Part shown: positions 1-8,601 of the stretch, piece after piece
Numbering within the stretch: position 1 is the stretch's first letter
How the letters are laid out: every line of letters starts with the position of its first letter
DNA from: a virus
Taxonomy: Duplodnaviria; Caudoviricetes
IMG/VR virus record: IMGVR_UViG_3300032305_002820
Coordinates: 1-33,269 of that record
DNA: 33,269 nt
Strand: one strand, 5' to 3'
Notes under the pieces: generated by a model
Database searches by the model: none
Told to the model about the DNA's origin: nothing
What the model saw: only the letters and a program-made list of their open reading frames with translations
Program-made: the position numbers and the translations under genes

Positions 1-123
1 AACCCACTTCAAACTTCTTTAATATGGCGCACTTTAGAATTTTACCCCCGAGTTTTTGGACACAAAACTCAATCAACAGCATGAAATCAGAGAACAAGCT
101 AGTTTTAAGCTGCTTGCTAACTT
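1..123. repeat. Terminal direct repeat (left copy); circular assembly overlap
   Basis: Bases 1-123 (AACCCACTTC...TGCTAACTT) are identical to 33147-33269. ORF 32851-33168 is followed across the join by the ATG at 33170 (= position 24). Confidence 0.97.
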
Positions 124-614
124 GCGCAAAATCTTGCAAGGAAACTGAAATTGGTATTTTTCCAATGTTGCGGGGCGAGTTAGCTTTTAATCTCGGCTTA
201 GACACTGAAAGAGTTTCTAAAATTATTGACGAATTAATAAATAACTACCCAAAGCAGATTTCATTCAAAAACGATCACGACCAACACTTCTTTTTTTTAA
301 AAAAGTTTTTTGAATATAATATCCCCGCGATGGAAGGCTCAAAAAAGATTTGCGAGGCTATTCATAAAGATTTTAAAAAGTCGGGTTATCTTTGCCCCGA
401 TTTTTGGGCTGAGTTTTCTAAAATAAACAAATATCACTTAAAAAAAGCTTACGAGGGTTTAACTAAATCAGACAATAATACGCCGTCACTTAGGAAAACT
501 TTGGATAAAATTTTTAAACTAGAAGAAGAATTTTATCCAAAAAATGAACAAAAACCAAAATCTCAGATAAAAATTACTCAGATCAAAACTTTTCATGCAG
601 ACCAAAACTTTTAA
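24..614 (+). CDS. Replication initiator / replisome-organizer-like protein (N-terminal wHTH); candidate plasmid-mode Rep
   Basis: The N-terminus MAHFRILPPSFWT...KLVLSCLLT...GIF...ELAFNLGLDTERVSKIIDEL fits the 'FW...K..y.yLLT....GI......A.etG' pattern of phage replisome organizer N-domains. It is followed directly by an origin-like intergenic region. Confidence 0.65.
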   Translation: MAHFRILPPSFWTQNSINSMKSENKLVLSCLLTCAKSCKETEIGIFPMLRGELAFNLGLDTERVSKIIDELINNYPKQISFKNDHDQHFFFLKKFFEYNIPAMEGSKKICEAIHKDFKKSGYLCPDFWAEFSKINKYHLKKAYEGLTKSDNNTPSLRKTLDKIFKLEEEFYPKNEQKPKSQIKITQIKTFHADQNF

Positions 615-640
615 TTTTTAAAATTACAAATTTTCTCTCT

Positions 641-659
641 TTTTTTGCGTAGCAAAAAA
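641..659. terminator. Short inverted repeat after rep gene (possible terminator or binding site)
   Basis: TTTTTTGC-GTA-GCAAAAAA. Confidence 0.35.
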
Positions 660-1030
660 GTTATTAACAAAGTTATTAACAGGCTTAGAGCTTTTATTTT
701 AGGCTATTGAGTTTTTTTTATCTTACAGGCTCTAAGTTCAAAAGTTATTAACAGGTAAAACAATCATTTTTCTATTTTTTTTATCTTTTAAAACCCTTGA
801 TACTGTAGGTTAAATTAAAAAAGTATTAAATTCTATTAAATTATATTAGATTTACCCTTAAAGTTAAAGTTAAAGTTAAAGTTTCTTTAGGGGGTGCAGG
901 GGGTAAAAAAACGGGTTATTTTTACAAATTAATTTAAGCCTATTTTTTAAGCTCAATTTTGGCGTTTTTAATCTTAAACTTATAACTTCTTATTTTTCTT
1001 GTTTAATGTGTCTTAAAGCTTAAATTTAGG
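658..1030. other. Putative replication origin (iteron/DnaA-box-like repeats, AT-rich unwinding element)
   Basis: AAGTTATTAACA occurs at 658-669, 670-681 and 742-753 (core TTATTAACA, 2 mismatches from DnaA box TTATCCACA). Also AGGCT x3 (681, 701, 727), 10-bp TATTAAATT repeats at 824-853, (TTAAAG)x4 at 858-881, GGGGGTGCAGGGGG at 890-903, and inverted arms AATTTAAGC (931-939)/GCTTAAATT (1018-1026). Confidence 0.6.
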
Positions 1031-1082
1031 GCTTTTATTTTTACTTAAAAACCTATTTTTATCTTAACAATTTAAAAAATGT

Positions 1083-1110
1083 TTGACACTTAATAACTGT
1101 CAATTTTAAT
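1083..1110 (+). promoter_or_regulatory. Promoter/operator upstream of the second replication operon
   Basis: TTGACA (1083-1088) forms an inverted repeat with TGTCAA (1098-1103); AT-rich -10 candidate at about 1105-1110. Confidence 0.45.
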
Positions 1111-1156
1111 AATTAGACTAATACCATTAATTAAATTAATCATATCTTAATCAACT

Positions 1157-1417
1157 ATGCCAGAATTTTCAGAGCTTCAACAGTTAGTACTAGAAATCAT
1201 TCAAGAGCATGCTCAAGGAAACTTGCTTGGTTCTTCTGAATGCTTCTTAACTAATGAGCAAATTTTTAATCTAATAACTCCCAGCTCTCTCAGGCCTTGT
1301 GAATATGGCTATTTAAGCACAGTTTTAAAAAGACTAGCGGTTAAAAAAAGAATTGAAGTTAGGACCAAGTCGGTTGTCGGTTATCGCGGCTTAAAAAGAA
1401 TTATTACGATTTTATAG
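1157..1417 (+). CDS. Hypothetical winged-helix DNA-binding protein
   Basis: 86 aa with helix-helix-wing pattern (LTNEQIFNLI...YLSTVLKRLAVKKRIEVR...RIITIL); abuts the downstream initiator. Confidence 0.55.
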   Translation: MPEFSELQQLVLEIIQEHAQGNLLGSSECFLTNEQIFNLITPSSLRPCEYGYLSTVLKRLAVKKRIEVRTKSVVGYRGLKRIITIL

Positions 1418-2422
1418 ATGACAGAGCAACAGCAAACTATTAAATACAAACAACGCGTCGCCTTCTCTCAAATTGACAATGCATTAATTTGCAGTAATGA
1501 GATTTCTGGCCTCGCCTTCAAGCTTTGGTGCTATTTGTTTTCTCGCCCCGAAAACTGGACTTTTTTCTGGTCAGATATTTTACCTAAAATGAAAGAGGGC
1601 AGAAACGCTGTAAAAAATGCAGGAAAAGAGTTGGAAGAGTTGGGTTATATGAGCAAAGAACAGAAAAAGGTTTACACTGGAAGAGGTAAGGAATGGAGGT
1701 GGGGCGGAATGGATATTTCTTTATTTTATGATCCGATGACTAACCCAATTTTTGCAGCAACCCTAGAGCAGAAAGAGCGAAGCCCGCTTACCGAAAACGG
1801 GTCATCGGGAAACGAGTCATCGGGAAACGAGTCATCCGGATACGAGATTGCGGGAAATGGGTCGACAAATAAAGAACTATCTAAACAAGACTTATCTAAG
1901 AAATATTTATCTAATTCTCTTTCTTTTCCACTTGCTAACGCAAAGAGAGAGAATTTTAGCAAGCCAAGTTTATTAGAAGTTAAGCAAATCTTTATTGATA
2001 AGAATTTAAAGAGCGATTCTGAAAAATACTTTTTATTCAGAGAAAAAACGAATTGGTCAGGAGTTAAAAATCTAGAAGCTGATATTTCTTGGTGGGAAAA
2101 CGGACATAAAGAAAAGTTCCCCGCCCTGCACATTGAAAAGAAAGAGGTTTTTATCGAGAAGAAGGAGGAAGAGCCTGACGAAATAAAAGATTTACGCTCT
2201 TCAATTAAAAGTCATATCTGTTGGCAATTCCCTAATTCATCCAACAAAGGGTCAGTTATTTACTCTAAGCTGTTTTTAGATGCTAGAATTGAGCAAAATG
2301 GTAACGATTATACTATCTTCGCAAAAGATCAGCAAGCTTTAAAATATGGAGAGGTTTTAGCAAAAATTAATGTCATTGTAGAAATAGAACCCAATGTCCC
2401 ATTAATAGGGAAAAATTATTAA
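1418..2422 (+). CDS. Phage replication initiator (lambda O-like architecture: N-terminal HTH, internal iterons)
   Basis: N-domain FSQIDNALI...ISGLAFKLWCYLFSRPENW...KEGRNAVKNAGKELEELGY, a repetitive linker (ENGSSGNESSGNESSG), and a C-terminal KPSLLEV...W module typical of phage Rep proteins. Confidence 0.8.
   Translation: MTEQQQTIKYKQRVAFSQIDNALICSNEISGLAFKLWCYLFSRPENWTFFWSDILPKMKEGRNAVKNAGKELEELGYMSKEQKKVYTGRGKEWRWGGMDISLFYDPMTNPIFAATLEQKERSPLTENGSSGNESSGNESSGYEIAGNGSTNKELSKQDLSKKYLSNSLSFPLANAKRENFSKPSLLEVKQIFIDKNLKSDSEKYFLFREKTNWSGVKNLEADISWWENGHKEKFPALHIEKKEVFIEKKEEEPDEIKDLRSSIKSHICWQFPNSSNKGSVIYSKLFLDARIEQNGNDYTIFAKDQQALKYGEVLAKINVIVEIEPNVPLIGKNY
1793..1916 (+). repeat. 15-bp intragenic iterons plus TATCTAA repeats (candidate lytic origin)
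   Basis: GAAAACGGGTCATCG / GGAAACGAGTCATCG / GGAAACGAGTCATCC / GGATACGAGATTGCG / GGAAATGGGTCGACA, then TATCTAA three times at 15-bp spacing. Confidence 0.75.
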
Positions 2423-2898
2423 ATTCCAACTACTTTCTTATAGCTAGATTTTAGAGTATTATCAAGTTCATCATTAATCTTGTTAATATCATTTTTTGAC
2501 AAATTAAATTCTATTAGTTCTAGCAATTCTACCCTCTGCTTTATTGCCAATCTTCCATAAGAAAATCTCCAGCTTTGCATGTTTATTTGGGCTGCAAAAT
2601 AGATAAGCTCCATCATCGACATTTTCTTGATGGGAATTAAAGCTTTGACATATGCTCCATTATTTCCCGTTCCTATAAATGGTTTTGTTTGCACTGTGGC
2701 AAAACCAAATCCACTTACTGCAATACACGGCACATTTGTTATAATTTCCTTGTCGCTTTGTGGTTCGACCATCTTCTCTACCCCGTTGTTTAAAGTCGTG
2801 CTAGACACAAGCGGGATAATCCCAGACGAATAGGATTCTAGGCTTTTTGAAGAGCATCTACTAACTTTAAACAAATTTGTTAAAATAATTTTAGACAT
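2419..2898 (-). CDS. Restriction-modification specificity (S/beta) subunit, single TRD
   Basis: G.IPLVSSTT.NNGV, IAVSGFGFATVQ.KPF and FSYGR motifs of HsdS/BcgI-beta-like TRDs. The likely ATG at 2898 overlaps the end of the upstream RM gene (the ORF track extends to 2919). Confidence 0.8.
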   Translation of the reverse strand: MSKIILTNLFKVSRCSSKSLESYSSGIIPLVSSTTLNNGVEKMVEPQSDKEIITNVPCIAVSGFGFATVQTKPFIGTGNNGAYVKALIPIKKMSMMELIYFAAQINMQSWRFSYGRLAIKQRVELLELIEFNLSKNDINKINDELDNTLKSSYKKVVGI

Positions 2899-4705
2899 AG
2901 TTCTCACAATTAATTTCAAAACTGACGATATTTCTAATAACCTTTTTCATTTCCTGCGTAATATTACTTTTAGTGAATTTATCCCAATCTTCATCTAAAA
3001 ATCTTTCAGGACAGCATTCTATTTCTTTATCTTTTACAATATTGGCGGTTTTGATTATTTTTGGTTTATTGAACTCTGTAGAGGATGATAAAAATGATTT
3101 TAGAGATTTTTTCATCTCTAATAAATTACCATCGTCCCTCCTTATCATCACTGATTTTTTCTTTGAGAATCCATCAACTAAATTAATGAAAATAGAGTCC
3201 TTTTTAAAATCATGCGGAGTGCCTTTTTGTATAATAATTGCTACAGTGCAAACGCTCACAGGATAGAATAAGTCATCAGGTAATTTAATTACTGCCTTTA
3301 AGGTATTTTTTTCTAACATTGATTTTCTCCAAGTTAGACACTCTCGACTAGAAGTTACGATTGAATTTGGAATAACGGCAAAAAGTAGTCCGCCTTTTTC
3401 CATTTTATTTAGAGCAAAATCTATAAATTTATATTCTTTCTCATCGCCTTTTTTAAGAGCGAAAGGAGGGTTCATCAAAACTTTTGAAACTTTTAAATCT
3501 GTAAATTTCTTTGTTGTGAAGCAATTTCCTTCTTCAAGGTTAGCTCTTCCATCGCCTCTAAATATCATATTAACAAGTGCCAAAGCTACAACATCTGGGT
3601 CCTGCTCTATACCGTAAATACCTTCTGTTTTAAATTTTTCTAATTCCTCTTTATCAACTTCACTTTTCACTTTATCAAATGCAGAAACTAGAAACCCACC
3701 AGTTCCGCAAGCAGGATCTAAAACTTTGTCTTTGTTTGTGATATTCAGAACATCAACGGCAAATCTTGTTATATGTCTTGGCGTTAAAACAATGCCAATT
3801 TCTTTTGAGCCGTTTCCATATTTTAAAAACTGTTCATAGAATCTTCCTAAAATATCAGTCCCAGAGTTCATGGCGGAGCGAATATTAATACTATCAAGCT
3901 CCTGCATTGTTTCTAACAATGCCTTTCTAAATTTAATATGATTGTCGGGAGTTGGAGGAACTGATATTTTTATGCAGTGAATAAATTCTCTTTTGTCCTT
4001 CTCATGGAGGATTTCTTCGGCTCTACTATTGAGTTCATTTATCATCGAAAAACAATTATTTTCACGATTTATATAATTGTCTTTCAGTAATGCCAAAAGC
4101 ATTGTAGCAACAACTCTCGCTCTATTGTTTTTGTTAATAGAGCCATTGTGCAGTATCTCATTAATTTTTATCGCTTTCTGATAATAAACTTCATCAGGCA
4201 CTACATGTTCTTTTATATAGGGACTGTTTTTATCTAGTATTTCTCTGGCTAATTCTTTGTCTAAGAACCCAGTAGTTTTTTTCTCATTTATTTCTATTTC
4301 TGACCAATCACCATTATGAAAGAAATAGTTTTTTACTACATAACTATCATTGTCATTACCAGCTACGGCACTAAAAAATGGTGCTAAGATTTTTGTTTTA
4401 TTCAAAAGATTGCAGTAACTCTTACAGTCCTTTATTGCTTGCTCTATTTGCTTGTGTTCACTTTTAGCTTCTACAATCCAAAAAGTGTTATTTTTGATAA
4501 CTATAACATTTTCGGGCTTCACGGTTTTTAAATGCTTTTTTATCAATTCATTGTTTAAGCATTCACCTTGTGTATAAACTTCTCCATCTGCATAACGATT
4601 GGGATTTTTTACATTCCAGCCCAATTCTTTTAAAGAATTTTCAATAAAAACATAAGCTCTAAACTCGCTGTCTTTCGTAGCTGAATTAGCTTTTTTATTT
4701 TGCAT
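2891..4705 (-). CDS. Type IIB/IIG fused restriction endonuclease-N6-adenine methyltransferase (BcgI alpha-like)
   Basis: N-terminal PD-(D/E)xK-like PE...IVEAK; DILGRFYEQFLKY, GIVLTPRHIT, motif I DPACGTGGFL and motif IV NPPF. Confidence 0.88.
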   Translation of the reverse strand: MQNKKANSATKDSEFRAYVFIENSLKELGWNVKNPNRYADGEVYTQGECLNNELIKKHLKTVKPENVIVIKNNTFWIVEAKSEHKQIEQAIKDCKSYCNLLNKTKILAPFFSAVAGNDNDSYVVKNYFFHNGDWSEIEINEKKTTGFLDKELAREILDKNSPYIKEHVVPDEVYYQKAIKINEILHNGSINKNNRARVVATMLLALLKDNYINRENNCFSMINELNSRAEEILHEKDKREFIHCIKISVPPTPDNHIKFRKALLETMQELDSINIRSAMNSGTDILGRFYEQFLKYGNGSKEIGIVLTPRHITRFAVDVLNITNKDKVLDPACGTGGFLVSAFDKVKSEVDKEELEKFKTEGIYGIEQDPDVVALALVNMIFRGDGRANLEEGNCFTTKKFTDLKVSKVLMNPPFALKKGDEKEYKFIDFALNKMEKGGLLFAVIPNSIVTSSRECLTWRKSMLEKNTLKAVIKLPDDLFYPVSVCTVAIIIQKGTPHDFKKDSIFINLVDGFSKKKSVMIRRDDGNLLEMKKSLKSFLSSSTEFNKPKIIKTANIVKDKEIECCPERFLDEDWDKFTKSNITQEMKKVIRNIVSFEINCENYV

Positions 4706-4761
4706 AAACTCCGTTTTTGATTACCAAATTAAATATATCAGTTTTAAAAAACTAATAATTG

Positions 4762-4808
4762 TTGACTGAATAAAATTATTTCTTTAAATAATTAAATAAA
4801 GTTAATTA
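4762..4808 (+). promoter_or_regulatory. par operon promoter with RHH operator-like repeats
   Basis: TTGACT at 4762-4767 with an AT-rich -10 at about 4785. The motif TTATTTCTTTAAAT..AAAGTTAATTA is repeated downstream of the par operon (5974-5998). Confidence 0.5.
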
Positions 4809-4837
4809 ATAAAATCGAACACTATAAATAAAAAGTT

Positions 4838-5005
4838 ATGTCTAAAAATTTGATAAATGTTAATGTTAGACTCGATGAGGCTCTACAAAAAAGATTAAAA
4901 ATTTTAGCCGCTCAAACAAACTCTAAAATTCAAGAAATGATGGCTAGATATGTTGAGGAAGGTTTAAAAAAAGAAGAAAAACAAATTAATGAGAAAAATG
5001 ACTAA
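4838..5005 (+). CDS. Small ribbon-helix-helix protein (CopG/ParG/Arc-like), not in ORF track
   Basis: Hand translation: MSKNLINVNVRLDEALQKRLKILAAQTNSKIQEMMARYVEEGLKKEEKQINEKND*. It has an alternating beta-strand followed by two helices, and its stop overlaps the parA ATG (ATGACTAA). Confidence 0.8.
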   Translation: MSKNLINVNVRLDEALQKRLKILAAQTNSKIQEMMARYVEEGLKKEEKQINEKND

Positions 5006-5636
5006 TTTTGTTTTAGCTGTCGTGGGTCAAAAAGGAGGGGTTGGTAAAACAACCCTAGCCTACAATTTTTTTGTAAGAGTTTTAAAAGGTGATCCAACGG
5101 CGATTTTAATTGATTGCGACAATAATCAATACAGCTCTTTTGAATTATCTTTAGATAGAAAAGACTTTGGAGTAAAGCCTGACTTGCTAATTAAAAACAT
5201 GTCTAGCGAAGAGTTGGAAAAGCAAATCCTAGAAATTAGTAAAAAACACAAAACAATTATTATTGAGTCGGGTGGAAGAATTGATAAGGAAATGACGATT
5301 GCTATGCGTCTAGCTGATAAAATAGTAATGCCAATAAAATCTTCAGTAATTGATATTAAAACTATTTCAAACGTTGAGGCTAACTTAGCTTTATCAAAAA
5401 ACACTCAAATTAAGTGCGTACTCGTTCCCAACATGATTAAAAGCGAGGCATCACTTAACTTTTTAATCAACCAAGCTAAGCCTGAATTTTTTAAATTTTC
5501 AAAAGCTTTTTTAAAGGATAGGTCTGCTTATGTAACCTCTTTCGACCAAGGAAAAGCTATTTTTGAATTAAAGCCAAAAAATAAAATCGCTGACCAAGAA
5601 TTTGAACAATTATTTCAGGAGATATTTAATGACTAG
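4998..5636 (+). CDS. parA: ParA/ParF-family partition ATPase (type Ib, no N-terminal HTH)
   Basis: Deviant Walker A GQKGGVGKTT, LIDCD and ADKIVMP motifs; about 212 aa. The start is at 4998 or 4989. Confidence 0.92.
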   Translation: MTNFVLAVVGQKGGVGKTTLAYNFFVRVLKGDPTAILIDCDNNQYSSFELSLDRKDFGVKPDLLIKNMSSEELEKQILEISKKHKTIIIESGGRIDKEMTIAMRLADKIVMPIKSSVIDIKTISNVEANLALSKNTQIKCVLVPNMIKSEASLNFLINQAKPEFFKFSKAFLKDRSAYVTSFDQGKAIFELKPKNKIADQEFEQLFQEIFND

Positions 5637-5952
5637 ACAGATTATACAGCCCCGCAAAACATTAGAAGAAAAAATTGCAGAAATGAGCGATGAAAAAACC
5701 ACGCTCATTCAAGAACCAACTCAACAATTTGAGGTTATTAAAAGCTCTGATTTAATAGAAAGGGAGCAAGAGCAAGCAATGAAAAAATATAACCTCGTTA
5801 AAGTTAGAAAGGGTTCTAGAGTTGATATTGATGAAGACTTGCACAAAGAATTTAAGATTGCGGCTATTAGAAGCGGAAAATCGCAAAAAGATTGGTTAGA
5901 AGAACTTATTCGTGAAGCAGTTTTTAAAGCAAAAAGAAAGTTTGAAAAATAA
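5629..5952 (+). CDS. ParG-like RHH centromere-binding protein
   Basis: Flexible N-terminus plus C-terminal RHH (RVDIDEDLHKEFKIAAIRSGKSQKDWLEELIREAV). The ATG at 5629 overlaps the parA stop (ATGACTAG). Confidence 0.8.
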   Translation: MTRQIIQPRKTLEEKIAEMSDEKTTLIQEPTQQFEVIKSSDLIEREQEQAMKKYNLVKVRKGSRVDIDEDLHKEFKIAAIRSGKSQKDWLEELIREAVFKAKRKFEK

Positions 5953-5956
5953 TAAA

Positions 5957-5998
5957 CTTTCTTCTTTACTTCTTTATTTCTTTAAATAAAGTTAATTA
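5957..5998. repeat. Candidate centromere/operator: CTTT boxes at 8-bp period
   Basis: CTTT at 5964, 5972 and 5980 and inverted AAAG at 5988, separated by 4-bp AT spacers; near-duplicate of 4776-4808. Confidence 0.45.
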
Positions 5999-6050
5999 CA
6001 TTGAACATTTATCAAACATTTAGTATCTACTAATTTACTTTAAAAAAACC

Positions 6051-6287
6051 ATGATAATCAGCCTCAACCAAAGTGATTTGGAAAAAGTAAAAGAATCTCT
6101 TTCTGAAATAAAAGATAGGTTAGTTGAAGAGTATCTTGAAAACTTCGGTATTACTGAAAATGAAGAGTTAGCTTGTTCTGATTATAAAACCTATAATGCA
6201 GAAGTTTGGAATGATGAAAGTATTGAAGATGCTAAGCAATATGCTAAAGAGGCAATAAAAGAAGCTCTTATTCAAATTACTAATTAA
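6051..6287 (+). CDS. Small acidic hypothetical protein (in the gam position of a gam-bet-exo-like cluster)
   Basis: 78 aa, about 19 D/E versus 8 K/R by hand count; first gene before bet. Confidence 0.6.
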   Translation: MIISLNQSDLEKVKESLSEIKDRLVEEYLENFGITENEELACSDYKTYNAEVWNDESIEDAKQYAKEAIKEALIQITN

Positions 6288-6314
6288 ATTAACTTAATCT
6301 CAAATAATAAATTT

Positions 6315-7238
6315 ATGCTAGAAAACCAAACACAATTAATAACAAAAAAAGATCCTCTTTTAGCTTCTTTAGATGTAAGAAACGTTGGAATAAGAGAATT
6401 TAGAGTTATAAAAGATATTCTTTATCCAAACGTGCAAAAAGATGAAACTTTGTTAATGGCGATTGATTATTGTAAGTCGAGAAAGCTGGATATAATGAAG
6501 AGACCTATTCAGATAGTTCCTATTTGGGATTCTAAAACTAAAACAATGAAAGATACTATTTGGACTTCTATCGCTGAAATTAGGACGACAGCAACGAGAA
6601 CTGGTAAATATGCAGGAAGAACAGAGGCGGAGTTCGGGGAAGAGGTAACGGAAAATCTAGGTGGTACGGAAGTGACTTACCCAAGATGGTGTAAAATTAC
6701 GGTATTCAGACTTGTAGAAAACCAAAAATGCTCTTTTTCCGCAAAGATTTTTTGGAAAGAAGCTTATAAGACTATTAAGAATGATAGCCTTGCACCAAAT
6801 TCAATGTGGGCTAAAAGAGCTTACGGACAATTAGAAAAATGTTGCGAGGCCGCTGCTTTACGCTCCGCTTTTCCCGAAGAATTTGGCAACGATTATATCG
6901 CTGAAGAGGCTTTTGATCAAAATGAAGCTATAGTTACCGCAAAAAGCAAAACGGAAGCGGCTCACTTACCCTTGAAAGATATTATCGAAGCTTCTTTTGA
7001 ACCCTTAAACAAAGAAGAGGTTATTGATGAGGCTGGCGACTTATTGCCACAAGTTGACGAGAAATCAGAAGAAATTTACAATAGGGTTACAAAAAACTTA
7101 GACTCTCTTATGAATAAGAAAGCGGTTGAAGCTTATACAAGCGGCATGGCTGAAGAGTTAAAATATTTAGCTCAAACAAGAGCTGATTATCACGCGCACG
7201 TCATATCTTTAATAAAAGATAAATTAGCGAGATATTAA
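6315..7238 (+). CDS. bet: Single-strand annealing recombinase, Bet/RecT family
   Basis: YCKSRKLDIMKRPIQIVPIW, RTTATRTGKYAG and PNSMWAKRAYGQLEKCCEAAALRSAFPEE motifs. Confidence 0.92.
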   Translation: MLENQTQLITKKDPLLASLDVRNVGIREFRVIKDILYPNVQKDETLLMAIDYCKSRKLDIMKRPIQIVPIWDSKTKTMKDTIWTSIAEIRTTATRTGKYAGRTEAEFGEEVTENLGGTEVTYPRWCKITVFRLVENQKCSFSAKIFWKEAYKTIKNDSLAPNSMWAKRAYGQLEKCCEAAALRSAFPEEFGNDYIAEEAFDQNEAIVTAKSKTEAAHLPLKDIIEASFEPLNKEEVIDEAGDLLPQVDEKSEEIYNRVTKNLDSLMNKKAVEAYTSGMAEELKYLAQTRADYHAHVISLIKDKLARY

Positions 7239-7349
7239 AAAATTTGAAAATAACTCCGATAACACTATTATGGTTCTGATGCCAAGAACCAAATTAATGT
7301 AATTTTGTTATCTGCTATTGAGGCGGAATAATATCTAAATTAGGTAGGC

Positions 7350-7526
7350 ATGAAATATAAAAAAAAAGAACTATACAAAACCGAAGCCGTGCAGCTAGCG
7401 GCAGTGAAGAGGTATGGCTTTGCGATTAAATACATCAAAAACCCCACCGAGGCCGTTTTTGATTATCTCTATAAAACTGATAGAAGGGCTTTTGATGATT
7501 ATTGTGAGGTGATAGACCATGATTAA
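7350..7526 (+). CDS. Small protein with a single DUF4116-like repeat, not in ORF track
   Basis: Hand translation: MKYKKKELYKTEAVQLAAVKRYGFAIKYIKNPTEAVFDYLYKTDRRAFDDYCEVIDHD*. AGGTAGG lies upstream, and the stop overlaps the exo start. Confidence 0.65.
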   Translation: MKYKKKELYKTEAVQLAAVKRYGFAIKYIKNPTEAVFDYLYKTDRRAFDDYCEVIDHD

Positions 7527-8601
7527 ACAGGGAACGGAAGAATGGCTTAAAGCTAAACAATCAACTATAGGCGGCTCTGAAATATATGCTTTAATCTATC
7601 ACTATTGTCAAAAAGATTTAGAAAAACTCGGTTTTGATTTAAATAAAGAAAGGCCGTTTCGCACAATCCAAGAAATCTTTCTGAAAGTAAAATTTGGAGC
7701 TAAACTTTCAAAAATAGATCAAGTTTTTGCTGATTTTGGCATTGGCATGGAAAATTACGTTGCTCAAAGACTACAAAGTGAAATGCCGAAGCTACAAGTC
7801 GAAACTTCTGACGAATTTATTGTTAATAAATCGATACACCCTTTAGCTTCCTGCTCTCCAGACGGTTATGTTTCAACTATCGCTGATTCGGTTATTTTAG
7901 ACTTTGACGGCAAAAAAGAAATAAATCATTCGTCGGGTAGGGGCGCATTAGAAATAAAAACAGCTAATTATTTTGCTGGGTTTACTGCCGAGCAAGGAAC
8001 AAAGTTGCAATACTTGTTTCAGCATCAATTTCAAATGATGGTTCTTAATTTGTCTTGGGGGCTTATAGCGGTATTAGTTCCGAAGCAAAAAGAATATGAC
8101 GAGCCTTTTTTTAAGGGTTATGTCTTAGCTAAAGCAGAAGCAGAAAAATATTCTGAGTTTGATCAATACTATGATCTTGTTTATTATATTCACCCAGCTC
8201 TTCCAGCGTTCCAAGAGTTGATTTTAAAGGCACTAGAAGCGTTTCAAGCTGATTTAGACGCTTATGATATTAATCCCAAGGTTTTTCCTCAAAATAGCGA
8301 AGATTTGGTGGGTTTGCAAAGGGAAAAACAATTGTGGGCGCAATTAATGCCCGACCACTTTGGTTCTAAAATTTTAGAAGAAAATTCTAAAATAGAAAGC
8401 TTACTCTTAGAGAGAGCTGAAGCTTATAAAGAATCCTTATTCGCTACTCAAGCAAAAGATAAAATTGAAACTGAAATCTTACAATTAATTAAATCTAGCA
8501 AACTTGATAAATTTTGTGAAATCAAAGGAAAAAGTCAAAAAATTATTTGGGATAAAAGGGGCTTCTTGCGCTATTATATTAATAAAGAAAGCGCTACTTA
8601 G
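7519..8601 (+). CDS. YqaJ/lambda-exonuclease family protein
   Basis: QGTEEWL..K...IGGSEI, FG..ME, ASCSPDG, LEIKT and Q.Q.QM motifs. Confidence 0.88.
   Translation: MIKQGTEEWLKAKQSTIGGSEIYALIYHYCQKDLEKLGFDLNKERPFRTIQEIFLKVKFGAKLSKIDQVFADFGIGMENYVAQRLQSEMPKLQVETSDEFIVNKSIHPLASCSPDGYVSTIADSVILDFDGKKEINHSSGRGALEIKTANYFAGFTAEQGTKLQYLFQHQFQMMVLNLSWGLIAVLVPKQKEYDEPFFKGYVLAKAEAEKYSEFDQYYDLVYYIHPALPAFQELILKALEAFQADLDAYDINPKVFPQNSEDLVGLQREKQLWAQLMPDHFGSKILEENSKIESLLLERAEAYKESLFATQAKDKIETEILQLIKSSKLDKFCEIKGKSQKIIWDKRGFLRYYINKESAT

Noticed and set aside
1793-1867. Repeats as a CRISPR array
   Set aside because: These are contiguous 15-bp units without spacers inside a rep gene, and there are no cas genes; the same applies to the 24-bp repeats at 10898 and 31221.
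7252-7278. Second dif-like site (AACTCCGATAA-CACTA-TTATGGTTCTG)
   Set aside because: The central region is only 5 bp and the XerC arm is poor.
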